This document shows, piece by piece, positions 49,828 to 59,579 of a stretch of DNA of 64,000 nt; position 1 is the first letter of the stretch; every line of letters starts with the position of its first letter. Source of the DNA: Minisyncoccia bacterium. Lineage in GTDB: Bacteria; Patescibacteriota; Minisyncoccia; Phycocordibacterales; UBA9973. The notes beneath the pieces are model-generated. The model made no database searches, was not told the DNA's origin, and was given only the letters and a program-made list of their open reading frames with translations. The stretch is taken from positions 8,232 through 72,231 of the forward strand of contig JBGATK010000006.1 of assembly GCA_044229265.1 (NCBI GenBank). The letters are read 5' to 3'. Made by a program: the position numbers and the translations under genes.

Positions 49828-50193
49828 ATGGAAAAAATCAAGTCTTTTTTAAATAGTGAAAAAGGGCAAAATCTACTAATCATTTTGATAATAATTTTTG
49901 TAGGAATTGGGGCTTTTTTATTGGGTAGACTATCAAAATTAAATGACTCTAAGTCCATAAAAATAGAATATAAGGGCGGGGAAGAGGCAAGTGGTATAAA
50001 AGCCCTAGCCATAGATGCTTTGCCTAATTTAGCCTCCCCTAGCGGTGATTTTTTTGCTTCAAAGAATGGTAAAAAATATTATCCTACAAACTGCAGTGCT
50101 GGCGCAAATATCAAAGTCTCAAATAGAGTTTACTTTAAGACAAGGGAACAGGCAGAAAATGCAGGTTATGAGCTATCGGCTTCGTGCAGATAA
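49828..50193 (+). CDS. membrane-anchored small protein with Ada-metal-binding-like C-terminal segment
   Basis: TM helix then YYPTNC....NRVYF.TREQAENAGYELSASC resembling the YHxPxC..N.v.F.s.eeAeaaGyrpC pattern. Confidence 0.45.
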   Translation: MEKIKSFLNSEKGQNLLIILIIIFVGIGAFLLGRLSKLNDSKSIKIEYKGGEEASGIKALAIDALPNLASPSGDFFASKNGKKYYPTNCSAGANIKVSNRVYFKTREQAENAGYELSASCR

Positions 50194-50311
50194 TTAATAG
50201 AATAGTGTCGCACAATATACCTTTGCGGTAGGTAGTATTTTAAATCTACTTAAAACAAAAGGCTGAATTGATATTACTCAAAACAGCCCTTCCCTATATT
50301 AAAATTATTTT

Positions 50312-50464
50312 TTACCAAACACTTAGGAATAAATCACGAAGCCAATACCATACTCCCCGAACTGTAATACCATAATGTTGCATTATAAAAAATGCTATAA
50401 CCAGTAGTATTATGATTTGAATAAATCCACCACTATTTTTACGATTTTTGAATAAATTCTTCAT
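50312..50464 (-). CDS. possible small membrane protein (50 aa)
   Basis: unannotated ORF MKNLFKNRKNSGGFIQIIILLVIAFFIM.. next to gltX. Below the 60-aa track cutoff. Confidence 0.2.
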   Translation of the reverse strand: MKNLFKNRKNSGGFIQIIILLVIAFFIMQHYGITVRGVWYWLRDLFLSVW

Positions 50465-50474
50465 AAGAGCTATT

Positions 50475-51818
50475 TTAGCATATTTTATGGTCTATAGCAC
50501 TCTTAAGCCTAGCTAAAGCCTCATCTTGGCCTAGTGTATAAGCCAAAATAAATGGATCTGGACTTTTATCCATACCAGATAGTGCTATACGCACAGGATG
50601 CAAAGTTTGACCTACACTACCACCAGCTTTAGCAATCATAGTTAGAACTTCTTTAATTTTTTCTAAATTATAATCCTCACTTTTTATACTTTTTAATGCC
50701 TCGAAAGCACTCATAAGTCTAACTTTAACATCAGCAAGTGTCATGTTCTTAAAAATTAATTTTTGGGTAGGGTAGTCATTGGCAGAAAAAATGAAATTAA
50801 GCTCCCCCATTTCTATCATTTTTTTTACATCAGACCATTTGGAAATTCTGTCAAAAATAATAGGAATAATTTTTGTTATAACTTCCCTATTTAAATTTTT
50901 AAAATTCTCGGGTAAAAATTCCAAAATATTTTTTTCAATTTCTTCAATGCTCAAATTCTTCATATGCATTTTATTGAACCATTCTAATTTTTCTTCATTA
51001 AAAACTGCCGGGCTTTTTTGTACTCGTTCTAAATCAAATTCTGTTATCAATTCATCATGAGTGAATATTTCTTTTTCAGTACCAGGATTCCATCCTACAA
51101 AAGCAGTTCCGTTTAAAATAGCTTGTGGTAAAAAACCCAAGTTTTTATATTCGCTAGCAGATCTAGCTCCGCGACGCTTTGAAAGCTTTTGTTTATCTAT
51201 ACCAAGGACTAGCGGCAAATGCGCATATATTGGCGTAGGTGCGCCTATAGCACGTTGGATTAGGATTTGCCTAGGTGTATTTGATACGTGGTCTTCTCCA
51301 CGAATTACGTGAGTTATACCTTCTTCGAAATCATCCACAACTACAGCTAGGTGAAAAAGTGGTTCATTTAAATTTTTAGCAATTACGAAATCACCTAAAT
51401 CCTCGGTATGAATTTTTACCTCACCTTTTATTAAATCAAAAAAAGTAATATCTATTTTAGGATTTTTAAAACGCACGATTTCTTTTATAACTCCCGAACC
51501 ATCTTTTGCTTCTTCTTTTGAGATATAAGCAGTGCCATCAGCTATCATTTTTTCTAGATATTTTTTATGGGTATCTACGTGTTCACTTTGACGGTAAAAT
51601 TCATCATAAGGTAGATCAAGCCATTTTAAGCTCTCTAATATATCCTCTTCATATTCTTTTTTACTACGTTCTTTGTCTGTATCTTCGATGCGCAAAATAA
51701 ATTTGCCGTTATTCTTTTTAGCAAAAAGATAAGAAAAAATAGCAGTACGGAATACACCCAAATGCAGTAATCCTGTAGGACTCGGAGCAAAACGCGTAAT
51801 TACTGGTTTTTCATTCAT
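50475..51818 (-). CDS. gltX: glutamate--tRNA ligase
   Basis: PSPTGLLHLG (HIGH) and KLSKR (KMSKS). Confidence 0.95.
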   Translation of the reverse strand: MNEKPVITRFAPSPTGLLHLGVFRTAIFSYLFAKKNNGKFILRIEDTDKERSKKEYEEDILESLKWLDLPYDEFYRQSEHVDTHKKYLEKMIADGTAYISKEEAKDGSGVIKEIVRFKNPKIDITFFDLIKGEVKIHTEDLGDFVIAKNLNEPLFHLAVVVDDFEEGITHVIRGEDHVSNTPRQILIQRAIGAPTPIYAHLPLVLGIDKQKLSKRRGARSASEYKNLGFLPQAILNGTAFVGWNPGTEKEIFTHDELITEFDLERVQKSPAVFNEEKLEWFNKMHMKNLSIEEIEKNILEFLPENFKNLNREVITKIIPIIFDRISKWSDVKKMIEMGELNFIFSANDYPTQKLIFKNMTLADVKVRLMSAFEALKSIKSEDYNLEKIKEVLTMIAKAGGSVGQTLHPVRIALSGMDKSPDPFILAYTLGQDEALARLKSAIDHKIC

Positions 51819-51855
51819 ATGGGCATTTTAGCACGAAATAATGGCTTTTGGAAGG

Positions 51856-52986
51856 CTATTTCTCGTGCGATAGAGCTATGTTTACGAGTTCTTGAGCTAT
51901 TTTTTCGCCTGCGTCTTTTTTAGCAAAGGTACTAGTAGCGTGAGACATTTTTAAATATAAATTTCTATCATTCATAATTCTGTCCACTTCTTCTATTAAA
52001 ACACTTTTAGTCATATTTAATTCTTCTATTACACTACAAGAACCACTGTGAGCATAAGCGTAAGCATTCTTTCTTTGATGATCACCATTAGAATTTGTAA
52101 TTGGAATTATTATAGATGGTAAACCCCAAGATGCTATTTCAAATATAGTTGATCCGGCGCGAGAAATTACAATATCAGCAGCGCCAGTTGCCATTTTAAG
52201 CTGAAGTGAATTTAAAAAAGGTAGTGGTAGATAGCGATTTTTGTTTTGATTATTTTCAAGCACAATACTAGCGCGACCACGGGTACTTTCTAAATTTTTA
52301 ATACCAGTTTGATGAATTATTTGATATTTTTCTAAAAGTTCAGGCAGAGCATCTAATAAAACATTATTAATTAATTCAGCGCCTTGCGAACCTCCTAGAA
52401 TTAAAATTGTGGGCAAATTAGCTTCTAGTTTAAAATGTTCTAGACCTTTTTCGTGCACTCCTCGCATAGATATTTCGTGGCGAAGTGGGTGTCCGGTCCA
52501 AGCTGTTTTATTGTATGGAAAAAAAGCACTAGCTTCTTTGAATGATACTGCTATTTTCTTTGCAAATTTTCCAGTAAAAATATTAACTCTGCCTGGTGAA
52601 GTGTCGGACTCGTGCATAACAATAGGTATATTTAGAATTTTACCAGCAACTACAGTAGGAAAAGCTGAATACCCACCTTTAGAAAAAATTACGTCTGGAT
52701 ATATATTAAAAACTTTAATTAAAGCACTAATTATGCCAAAACCAACTTTAAAAATATCTAGGAAATTATGAATAGAAAAATACAAGCGCAACTTCCCTGC
52801 TCCTATTTTTTCAAAAATTAGACGATTTTCAAAAAGAATTTCTTTGTCAAAAGGTGAATCAGAAAAAAAATACATTTTAGCATCAACTATATTTTGCTCA
52901 TCTATTATTTTATTTACTTCCTCTACTACAGCGATAATGGGATAAAAATGTCCTCCCGTACCACCACCTGTAAAAATTATTTTCAT
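51856..52986 (-). CDS. murG: undecaprenyldiphospho-muramoylpentapeptide beta-N-acetylglucosaminyltransferase
   Basis: GGTGGHFYP N-terminus, GT28 C-domain. Confidence 0.9.
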   Translation of the reverse strand: MKIIFTGGGTGGHFYPIIAVVEEVNKIIDEQNIVDAKMYFFSDSPFDKEILFENRLIFEKIGAGKLRLYFSIHNFLDIFKVGFGIISALIKVFNIYPDVIFSKGGYSAFPTVVAGKILNIPIVMHESDTSPGRVNIFTGKFAKKIAVSFKEASAFFPYNKTAWTGHPLRHEISMRGVHEKGLEHFKLEANLPTILILGGSQGAELINNVLLDALPELLEKYQIIHQTGIKNLESTRGRASIVLENNQNKNRYLPLPFLNSLQLKMATGAADIVISRAGSTIFEIASWGLPSIIIPITNSNGDHQRKNAYAYAHSGSCSVIEELNMTKSVLIEEVDRIMNDRNLYLKMSHATSTFAKKDAGEKIAQELVNIALSHEK

Positions 52987-54095
52987 GATATTTCTTTTTT
53001 ATGATGTTTTGAAATTTGTAATACTATACCGACTGCCATCATGTATATCGTAAGCGCTGTTCCTCCATGACTCATAAATACAAGAGGAACTCCAGTCAGT
53101 GGAAAAACTCCTATAACCGAAGCGATATGCAGAAACGATTGTAATACTATCAGTATAACAATACCTGAAACTAAAAGTCTACTAAATTGATCCGGGCTTT
53201 GGCTGGCTATTTTCATTCCACGCAAGAAAAAAATAATAAATAAAAGTATAACCATAACGCTACCTATAAAACCAAATTCCTCGCCTATTACAGCATATAT
53301 AGAATCACCCTGAGCTTCAGGTAGGTAGCTAAATTTTTGTATACTTTGACCATAGCCTCGACCAAAAATTCCACCACTCCCAACAGCTATTAAAGATTGT
53401 TGAATTTGATAAGAGGAGCCCTTGGCATCGACACTAGGATTCAAAAAAGTATTTACTCTGGCTTGTAAATAAGGCGTAAAATAAATAAGTACACCGGCTA
53501 ATATACCAACTAAAATTCCAACTCCTAGAATATGTTTGAGGGGAACATTTGCCAAAAAAAGCATAGCGATGCCTGTGGCTGTAATTAAAATAAAGCTTTT
53601 GTGGTCTGGCTGATTTAAGAGCAATAAGCCCATAATTCCTAGCATTACTACAAATGGCAATATTCCGTATTTAAATTGTTTAACTTTATCTTTCATACCA
53701 GAAAGATAAGCAGAAAGATAAATAATGAAAGCGAATTTTAAAATTTCAGCAGGTTGAAAAGAAATACCTAGCAATGATATCCAACGCCTAGCTCCCCCAT
53801 GGCTCCAACCGAGGCCAGGCACATATACTAAAGCAGTTAAAATTAAAGCGAAAATAAAAATATAAAAAGCTAATTTCCTTAAATTTTTATAAGGAACCTT
53901 TAGCATGATATACATACCCACAAGACCAAAACCAAAACCAAAACCTAGCTGACTAATTAAAATTTCATAAAAGTTTTTTTCATTTTTAGCGAGTACTCCT
54001 AGCGAAGCAGAAACAAAAAATGCGAGTCCTGATAAAATCAGAATCATCACAACACTCAAAAAAAGTTTGTCTGATTTTTTTGCAGTATTATTCAT
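52983..54095 (-). CDS. ftsW: peptidoglycan glycosyltransferase FtsW (SEDS family)
   Basis: SEDS TM topology. Start set at the ATGA overlap with the mraY stop, position in the mraY-ftsW-murG cluster. Confidence 0.85.
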   Translation of the reverse strand: MNNTAKKSDKLFLSVVMILILSGLAFFVSASLGVLAKNEKNFYEILISQLGFGFGFGLVGMYIMLKVPYKNLRKLAFYIFIFALILTALVYVPGLGWSHGGARRWISLLGISFQPAEILKFAFIIYLSAYLSGMKDKVKQFKYGILPFVVMLGIMGLLLLNQPDHKSFILITATGIAMLFLANVPLKHILGVGILVGILAGVLIYFTPYLQARVNTFLNPSVDAKGSSYQIQQSLIAVGSGGIFGRGYGQSIQKFSYLPEAQGDSIYAVIGEEFGFIGSVMVILLFIIFFLRGMKIASQSPDQFSRLLVSGIVILIVLQSFLHIASVIGVFPLTGVPLVFMSHGGTALTIYMMAVGIVLQISKHHKKEIS

Positions 54096-55171
54096 TGGCT
54101 CATTACATGTATTATGACTCCTAAAATCGCAAATACAAAAGACAATATCCAATAACGCATTACCACTTTGCTAGAACTCCAACCTATACTTTCAAAATGA
54201 TGATGCAGTGGTGCGACGCGAAAAACTTTTTTTCCATTTCGAAATTTTTTCGACAATCTTTGAATTATCACAGAGAGTGATGTAGCTACCAGAGGAAAAG
54301 CAATTATCGGAAGTAATAATACTGTGTCAGTCAGAAATGCTAGTGTGGTAAGTATTATAGTCAGTGCCATCATACCAGTTTCCCCCATATAAAACCGAGC
54401 TGGAGGTATATTGAACCATAAAAATGCAAGTATAGAGCCTGTAATGACTCCAGAAAATGCTGCGAGGTCATACTGCGCATTTACCAAAGCTATACCAGTA
54501 TATGCACTAAAAATCGCAGCCAGAACTCCACCAGAGAGTCCGTCGAGCCCATCTATAACTCCTCCAGAAAAAGTAGCAAGCATTACCAAAACCACAAATG
54601 GCACAAATAATACTCCTAAATACAAAAATCCGTCGAAAGGTATACTTATACCAGTAATACCTAATTTTTGATAAAACCAAAATCCTGCTATAACTCCACA
54701 AAATGCAACTAAAGCTATTTTTGTATAAGTATAAAGTTTGGAATGTCTAGTAATATTTGATAAACCAATTATTTCTAAAACATCGTCAGAGAGTCCAGCA
54801 AGTGCTCCGAGTAAAAGCAGTCCGAGTGGTAATAGTGTTTGTGCTCTCGAATAAAAATTTAACTCTGCTATAAAATAATCATCACTATAAATTGAAATTA
54901 CATAGAAAATAAAAGTAGTAAGAATTATTGAAACCCAAATTATAATTCCACCCACACAAGGCACAGATATTTCGCTTTTTTCTTTTTCGGCATGAATAGC
55001 GCTAAACTTTGGATCAAGGACGTCGGCTGAGCGAGTGCGTTTTTTCCACATTTTATATTTATAAAAAAAATGCGTCGCTATTGGCGTGATTAAAATGCCT
55101 ATAAAAAAGGCGCTCATTGTAGGCACGAGAATTTTCAGTAATCCTAAAACCATCGTTTGATTATAACACAA
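54092..55171 (-). CDS. mraY: phospho-N-acetylmuramoyl-pentapeptide transferase
   Basis: ten TM helices, MraY-like Asp-rich and His-rich loops. Confidence 0.85.
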   Translation of the reverse strand: MCYNQTMVLGLLKILVPTMSAFFIGILITPIATHFFYKYKMWKKRTRSADVLDPKFSAIHAEKEKSEISVPCVGGIIIWVSIILTTFIFYVISIYSDDYFIAELNFYSRAQTLLPLGLLLLGALAGLSDDVLEIIGLSNITRHSKLYTYTKIALVAFCGVIAGFWFYQKLGITGISIPFDGFLYLGVLFVPFVVLVMLATFSGGVIDGLDGLSGGVLAAIFSAYTGIALVNAQYDLAAFSGVITGSILAFLWFNIPPARFYMGETGMMALTIILTTLAFLTDTVLLLPIIAFPLVATSLSVIIQRLSKKFRNGKKVFRVAPLHHHFESIGWSSSKVVMRYWILSFVFAILGVIIHVMSQ

Positions 55172-55230
55172 ATAAATGCTAAGCTTAAGACCAATATAAA
55201 TTTGTTCATTTCAAAATAAAACCTATACTC

Positions 55231-55764
55231 ATGAATCTATTTCAACGTTTTGATTTATTTCTAGTTAGGAGAATGCATAAATTTTGCATCTTTTATGAAG
55301 AAAAATATCGTGTAGAAATGCGCGACTCACTAATCTTACTTTTAATAATTTTAATAATGTATTATTGGAAAAAAGTAAATAATATACCCCCGAACTTTAT
55401 TTTTCTAGAGGATTCAGAGCAGAGAGAATTTATTATAAAATACATAATTAGTGCTCTAATTGCATGTTTTTATACCCATAAATTATTTTCTGTATATATG
55501 CCCAAAATGCTAAAATTAATTCAAATCCAAGCAAATAGTATTCGGGTTTTTCTTTACAAACTCATTATCGCATCTGCGGGGATTTATCTTTTTGCTATGT
55601 TTTATTTCAAAACATTTGATCAAGGATACAGAATTAGTAATGCGGAAATGCTATTAATCGGCGCGCCTTGGGTAATAAGTGATATTATTTTATCGAGAAC
55701 TTTAGATATTATTTTAATGATATTAACTTATCTAACCCTATCTGTAATTAAAATCAAGAAATAG
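55231..55764 (+). CDS. hypothetical membrane protein (177 aa)
   Basis: four hydrophobic segments. Confidence 0.45.
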   Translation: MNLFQRFDLFLVRRMHKFCIFYEEKYRVEMRDSLILLLIILIMYYWKKVNNIPPNFIFLEDSEQREFIIKYIISALIACFYTHKLFSVYMPKMLKLIQIQANSIRVFLYKLIIASAGIYLFAMFYFKTFDQGYRISNAEMLLIGAPWVISDIILSRTLDIILMILTYLTLSVIKIKK

Positions 55765-55789
55765 AGTAGGTTCTATTATATATTCTCAG

Positions 55790-56383
55790 TTAATTAAAGT
55801 AACCCTTAATGAAAGCATTAGGGGTTCTTTTTTTTGCTGGGGTCTTTGAGCTAGAACGGTTATTTGTATATATCAAGTTAGCTGGGTCTTGTGTAATTGG
55901 TTTCGTGAGATTCGTAATCTTAAAACTACCTCCAAATGATTCTTCTCCTGTTTGCCCAAACCAGATTATCTTTATTTTCTCATTAACAATCAAAGGAGTG
56001 TCTGCATATATCTGTGAGAGATACATTTCAAAAGGAAATTTATTGTCAGGAGACTCGTAAATCGTTGTTGTGAATTTGTACTCTTTTAGAAACTTTTGGA
56101 ACTCTTCATGGAAAGTTTTAAATTGCACAACCAAATCTGCACCAGCTTTTACTTTTCGAGCAATTATTCCATCAAGTATATCTCGCACCGAACCAACATT
56201 ATTGATCTTGGAATGCAACGCCCAATTGCAGTAGAATTTCAACTTGTTGTATTCTGTTTCTTTTTCTTTGCCGTCTATCTCAAGCATCTTGCGAACTCGA
56301 GAGAGTATGTAAACAACCTGAGGTTCTCCTTCAATTTTCCTATTCAACTCTGTTTGTAGCTTCTCTCGGATATTGTTTCTCAT
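55790..56383 (-). CDS. hypothetical protein (197 aa)
   Basis: ORF, no recognisable domain. Confidence 0.5.
   Translation of the reverse strand: MRNNIREKLQTELNRKIEGEPQVVYILSRVRKMLEIDGKEKETEYNKLKFYCNWALHSKINNVGSVRDILDGIIARKVKAGADLVVQFKTFHEEFQKFLKEYKFTTTIYESPDNKFPFEMYLSQIYADTPLIVNEKIKIIWFGQTGEESFGGSFKITNLTKPITQDPANLIYTNNRSSSKTPAKKRTPNAFIKGYFN
55801..55835 (+). terminator. intrinsic terminator (plus strand) embedded in the 3' end of the minus-strand gene
   Basis: aacccttaatg/cattaggggtt stem plus cttttttttg. Confidence 0.6.
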
Positions 56384-56583
56384 AAATATATTATAACTTA
56401 AAAAATGACAAAAGTGACATTACTTACGATCTCTAAATTACACTCAACTGTCCTAAATAGTAGCAAGAAAAAGTGTCACTGAATATAGATGTGCGAAATT
56501 ATACAAAGTACTTACTTAAAGATGGAACAATGATGGAGAAAAGAGAACTGTTATCGTGTATGAAAAGCAAACTAGTTCTTAAA

Positions 56584-56605
56584 GAAAAAAAACTTATCCT
56601 AAGTT
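56584..56605 (-). terminator. intrinsic terminator after dinD
   Basis: minus strand aactta-gga-taagtt followed by tttttttt. Confidence 0.55.
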
Positions 56606-56620
56606 AGTTATATTTATTTA

Positions 56621-57421
56621 CTAATCAGAATCATCTTTATCAAATTTTCTTTTAATTTTTTTAATTTCAGTTTCCACCTTTGGTAGATTTGTTTCCACTG
56701 GTAACTCTTCAGGAGCTTTTCCCGTATTACTTTTTACTAAACGGCGAACTTCTGTCGCAACTCTTTTATGAACATTCTCCAAAGATTTCTGTCCACTGAC
56801 CTTATTTCTTTTTATATTTTCTTCAGTTTGTGTTACCCTAAATAAATTTGCGGCAAGTTCAGTTCTACCCATATGATCCATTAATTTTCCCTTATTTAAA
56901 CCTCTTAACTTTTCAAGTTCAGATGCACGCATATTATACATACCCATATATCCAGCATCATGAAATAAGGCGTACCCAAACTCATTTAGACCAGCTTTTT
57001 TCGCAGTTTCCATTAAAGATTTATTGCCCTCAGTCAATTCACTTCGATATACAATTCTTCTTATTTCTTCTGGTTGATTGCTTATAAGCAACTCGAGTTT
57101 TTGAGTTTGAGTAGCAAAATATGCTTGAGCTTTAGCTACTTTTTCTAAATTAACATCACCGTTCATTGCTATTAAATAGCACGCGAACCTTGTTAACTTA
57201 TAATCTTCTTTTCCATCATTAATAGTTTTACTTATGTGGTCAAAAGGTGAAAATTTTAATTTCGAAAAAACTACGATAGTCTTTTGGATAATCTTTTCGA
57301 ATTCTTGAAAATTTTGGTAGCCTAAAAATTGAGAGAAGGAAGATGCCCAGAAATAAACCTGTTTATCGTTTACAACTTCTAGCTTGCTAAACTCCTGTTC
57401 TGTTTTTGTAATATCATTCAT
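56621..57421 (-). CDS. dinD: DNA-damage-inducible protein D homologue
   Basis: close match over the length to E. coli DinD: RFACYLIAMNGD, MDHMGRTELAANLFRVTQTEENIKRNKV, APEELP. Confidence 0.85.
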   Translation of the reverse strand: MNDITKTEQEFSKLEVVNDKQVYFWASSFSQFLGYQNFQEFEKIIQKTIVVFSKLKFSPFDHISKTINDGKEDYKLTRFACYLIAMNGDVNLEKVAKAQAYFATQTQKLELLISNQPEEIRRIVYRSELTEGNKSLMETAKKAGLNEFGYALFHDAGYMGMYNMRASELEKLRGLNKGKLMDHMGRTELAANLFRVTQTEENIKRNKVSGQKSLENVHKRVATEVRRLVKSNTGKAPEELPVETNLPKVETEIKKIKRKFDKDDSD

Positions 57422-57486
57422 GTGTTAAAGGATTATAACATAATTATAAAACACGATGCGTCTCAGTCACCTGACTTAGTATACGC

Positions 57487-57560
57487 TGGCTGGGGTACAT
57501 GGATTCGAACCACGATTAAAGGCTTCAAAGGCCTCTGTCCTACCATTAGACGATACCCCA
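57487..57560 (-). tRNA. tRNA-Gln (anticodon UUG) with encoded CCA
   Basis: hand-folded: U1-A72 acceptor TGGGGTA/TACCCCA, D-stem GTCT/GGAC, anticodon loop CTTTGAA, T-arm CGTGG-TTCGAAT-CCATG, discriminator G, CCA. Confidence 0.85.
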
Positions 57561-57674
57561 ATACAAAAAACATAATAACACTTTACACTTTAAATTTCAA
57601 TTAAAATACTCTTCTATTGCGTATAATTTTGGTAAGTATATAATATGGGTATTAATAAATAAACGAAAAACATT

Positions 57675-57851
57675 ATGGCAAATCAATGGGAAAGTATGGG
57701 CTCAGCAAATCACAAGCTTAAACCAGAAGATAAAAATGATGAGATTATGTATACTGGTCACCAAGACATAACACATATCCCTGATGGCACAATTTCTAAC
57801 GAAACAAATCCAGAAGAAATACAAAAATCAATCGAAGAAGGTCTAAACTAA
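57675..57851 (+). CDS. possible small acidic protein (58 aa)
   Basis: unannotated ORF MANQWESMGSANHKLKPEDK..., followed by a perfect hairpin terminator. Confidence 0.25.
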   Translation: MANQWESMGSANHKLKPEDKNDEIMYTGHQDITHIPDGTISNETNPEEIQKSIEEGLN

Positions 57852-57872
57852 AAAAATACCAAATAAAAATAT

Positions 57873-57900
57873 CTAGAGAAATCTAGATATTTTTATTTTC
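57873..57900. terminator. bidirectional hairpin aaatatctag-agaa-ctagatattt with flanking A and T runs
   Basis: 10-bp perfect stem. Overlaps the stop codon of dnaX. Confidence 0.6.
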
Positions 57901-58935
57901 TCCAAGCAATTCTATAATTGCCATTTCGAGTGGAAGCTCAGAAATAAAGCTTAAATTTTGATTACTATATGCATCTAGTATTTTTGCAAGTGTGCTCGAG
58001 CGGAGCATATTGTGCTCGTCTTTTTTAATCAAATCTTTTAGAAAATCTTTATCATTTAGCGAAATGTTTATTTCCTCCCCTTCTAATTTCGGCGCATATT
58101 TTAAAAGAATTGCATGGCGAAGTTTTTGAATTAGCAGTTTTATAAAAAGCTTAATTTCTAAATTTTCACTAGAAGTTTTAGCCACTACTTTTAAGGCACT
58201 TTCTAAGTCTTTTTCAGAAATAGCTAAAAGTAAATTATTCACAAGAATATTTTTTGGTGCACCGGTAATTTCTTCTATATTTTCAAGTGATATTTTTTTA
58301 TTCTGGGAGAAACTAAGAACTTTTTGAAGTGCGCCCAACGTGTCTCGAAAGGACCCATCACCCATTATTGCTAATAATTCTGCTCCTTCATCATCTATAG
58401 TGTATTTTTCTTGTTTAGCTACCTTTTGTATTAATTCTTTTAAAATATGTTCTGTTGGTTTTTTGAAATTAAATATTTGGCAACGAGAAATTATAGTATC
58501 AGGCACTTTAGAAAGTTCAGTTGTAGCTAGTATAAATATCACATGCTTTGGAGGCTCTTCGAGAGTTTTGAGGAGAGTATTCCAAGCCTCTTTGGTGAAC
58601 ATATGCACTTCATCTAAAATATAAACTTTATATTTAGAATCAAATGGTAAAACTCGAACTCCATCGCGCAGTTCGCGAACATCATCTATACCTCTATTTG
58701 ATGCAGCATCTATCTCTAAAATATCATTTGGTTTTACGCCCAAACTACTAGCAAAAATACGAGCAAAAGTTGTTTTACCTGTGCCTCTAGAACCGACAAA
58801 AAGATAAGCATGAGATGGAGCCCCATCTAAAATGGATTTTTCTAAAACTTTGACTATGTGTTCTTGACCTAAAACTTCACCAAAATCACTTGGTCTGTAT
58901 TTTCGATATAGGACTAAATTTTCATTATTAGACAT
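57883..58935 (-). CDS. dnaX: DNA polymerase III subunit gamma/tau, short form (350 aa, domains I-III only)
   Basis: YRPSDFGEVLGQ, Walker A GSRGTGKTT, SRC-like motif. Tau-specific C-terminal domains absent. Confidence 0.9.
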   Translation of the reverse strand: MSNNENLVLYRKYRPSDFGEVLGQEHIVKVLEKSILDGAPSHAYLFVGSRGTGKTTFARIFASSLGVKPNDILEIDAASNRGIDDVRELRDGVRVLPFDSKYKVYILDEVHMFTKEAWNTLLKTLEEPPKHVIFILATTELSKVPDTIISRCQIFNFKKPTEHILKELIQKVAKQEKYTIDDEGAELLAIMGDGSFRDTLGALQKVLSFSQNKKISLENIEEITGAPKNILVNNLLLAISEKDLESALKVVAKTSSENLEIKLFIKLLIQKLRHAILLKYAPKLEGEEINISLNDKDFLKDLIKKDEHNMLRSSTLAKILDAYSNQNLSFISELPLEMAIIELLGENKNI

Positions 58936-59032
58936 GTTTTCATTTTAACCTATTTTCATAAATAAAAAAACTCCTAACTTTTGCATTTATATTGCATTAG
59001 TTTTGGAGTTTATATAGACATTTTACTACCGC

Positions 59033-59536
59033 TTAATTATTTGAAAAAAGAATTGGAGCTCGAAGTCTCCTTATTTGCAAGTGAGTGTTCCACTCACCGT
59101 CGAATTTTTCTACAACGCGTTTAAATTGTATGGAAGTATGAAGAGAATCTATCTCTTGCATCAAGAAAAAATTATACGGCACCCCATATCTCTTTTCATT
59201 CTGATAAGAAGATACTGGTATGTTCTTAGGTTTTTCTTTAAAACCATTTCTATGAATTATAGAATAAGAGAAATTCCTCTCTTCCACGGCTATCACAAAT
59301 ACAGCAAAACATCTCTCGAATGCATCCCTGTTTTCTAAAAAAATCTGGAATTGATCAAAAGATGGAATTATCAGGTGATTTAATTTTGTTTTAAAACAAG
59401 CCTCAGTTATATAATCCGAGCCTGGTTCTTCTGTTTGAAGTTTTGTATCAAACATTATGTCTGTATTCAAAAAATTTTTGGCGAAATTTTCCAATAGGTT
59501 GAAACCAATAGGTTGAAATAACAATTCTGGTTGCAT
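59033..59536 (-). CDS. hypothetical protein (167 aa)
   Basis: ORF only. Confidence 0.45.
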   Translation of the reverse strand: MQPELLFQPIGFNLLENFAKNFLNTDIMFDTKLQTEEPGSDYITEACFKTKLNHLIIPSFDQFQIFLENRDAFERCFAVFVIAVEERNFSYSIIHRNGFKEKPKNIPVSSYQNEKRYGVPYNFFLMQEIDSLHTSIQFKRVVEKFDGEWNTHLQIRRLRAPILFSNN

Positions 59537-59579
59537 AATTAAAAGATTTTTAAAGTTCGAAAATTATATCAATTACAGA

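Noticed and set aside
55172-57560. Integrated mobile element at the tRNA-Gln 3' end
   Set aside because: No integrase or recombinase gene and no direct repeat of the tRNA 3' end were found, so only a weaker finding of remnant or cargo is retained.
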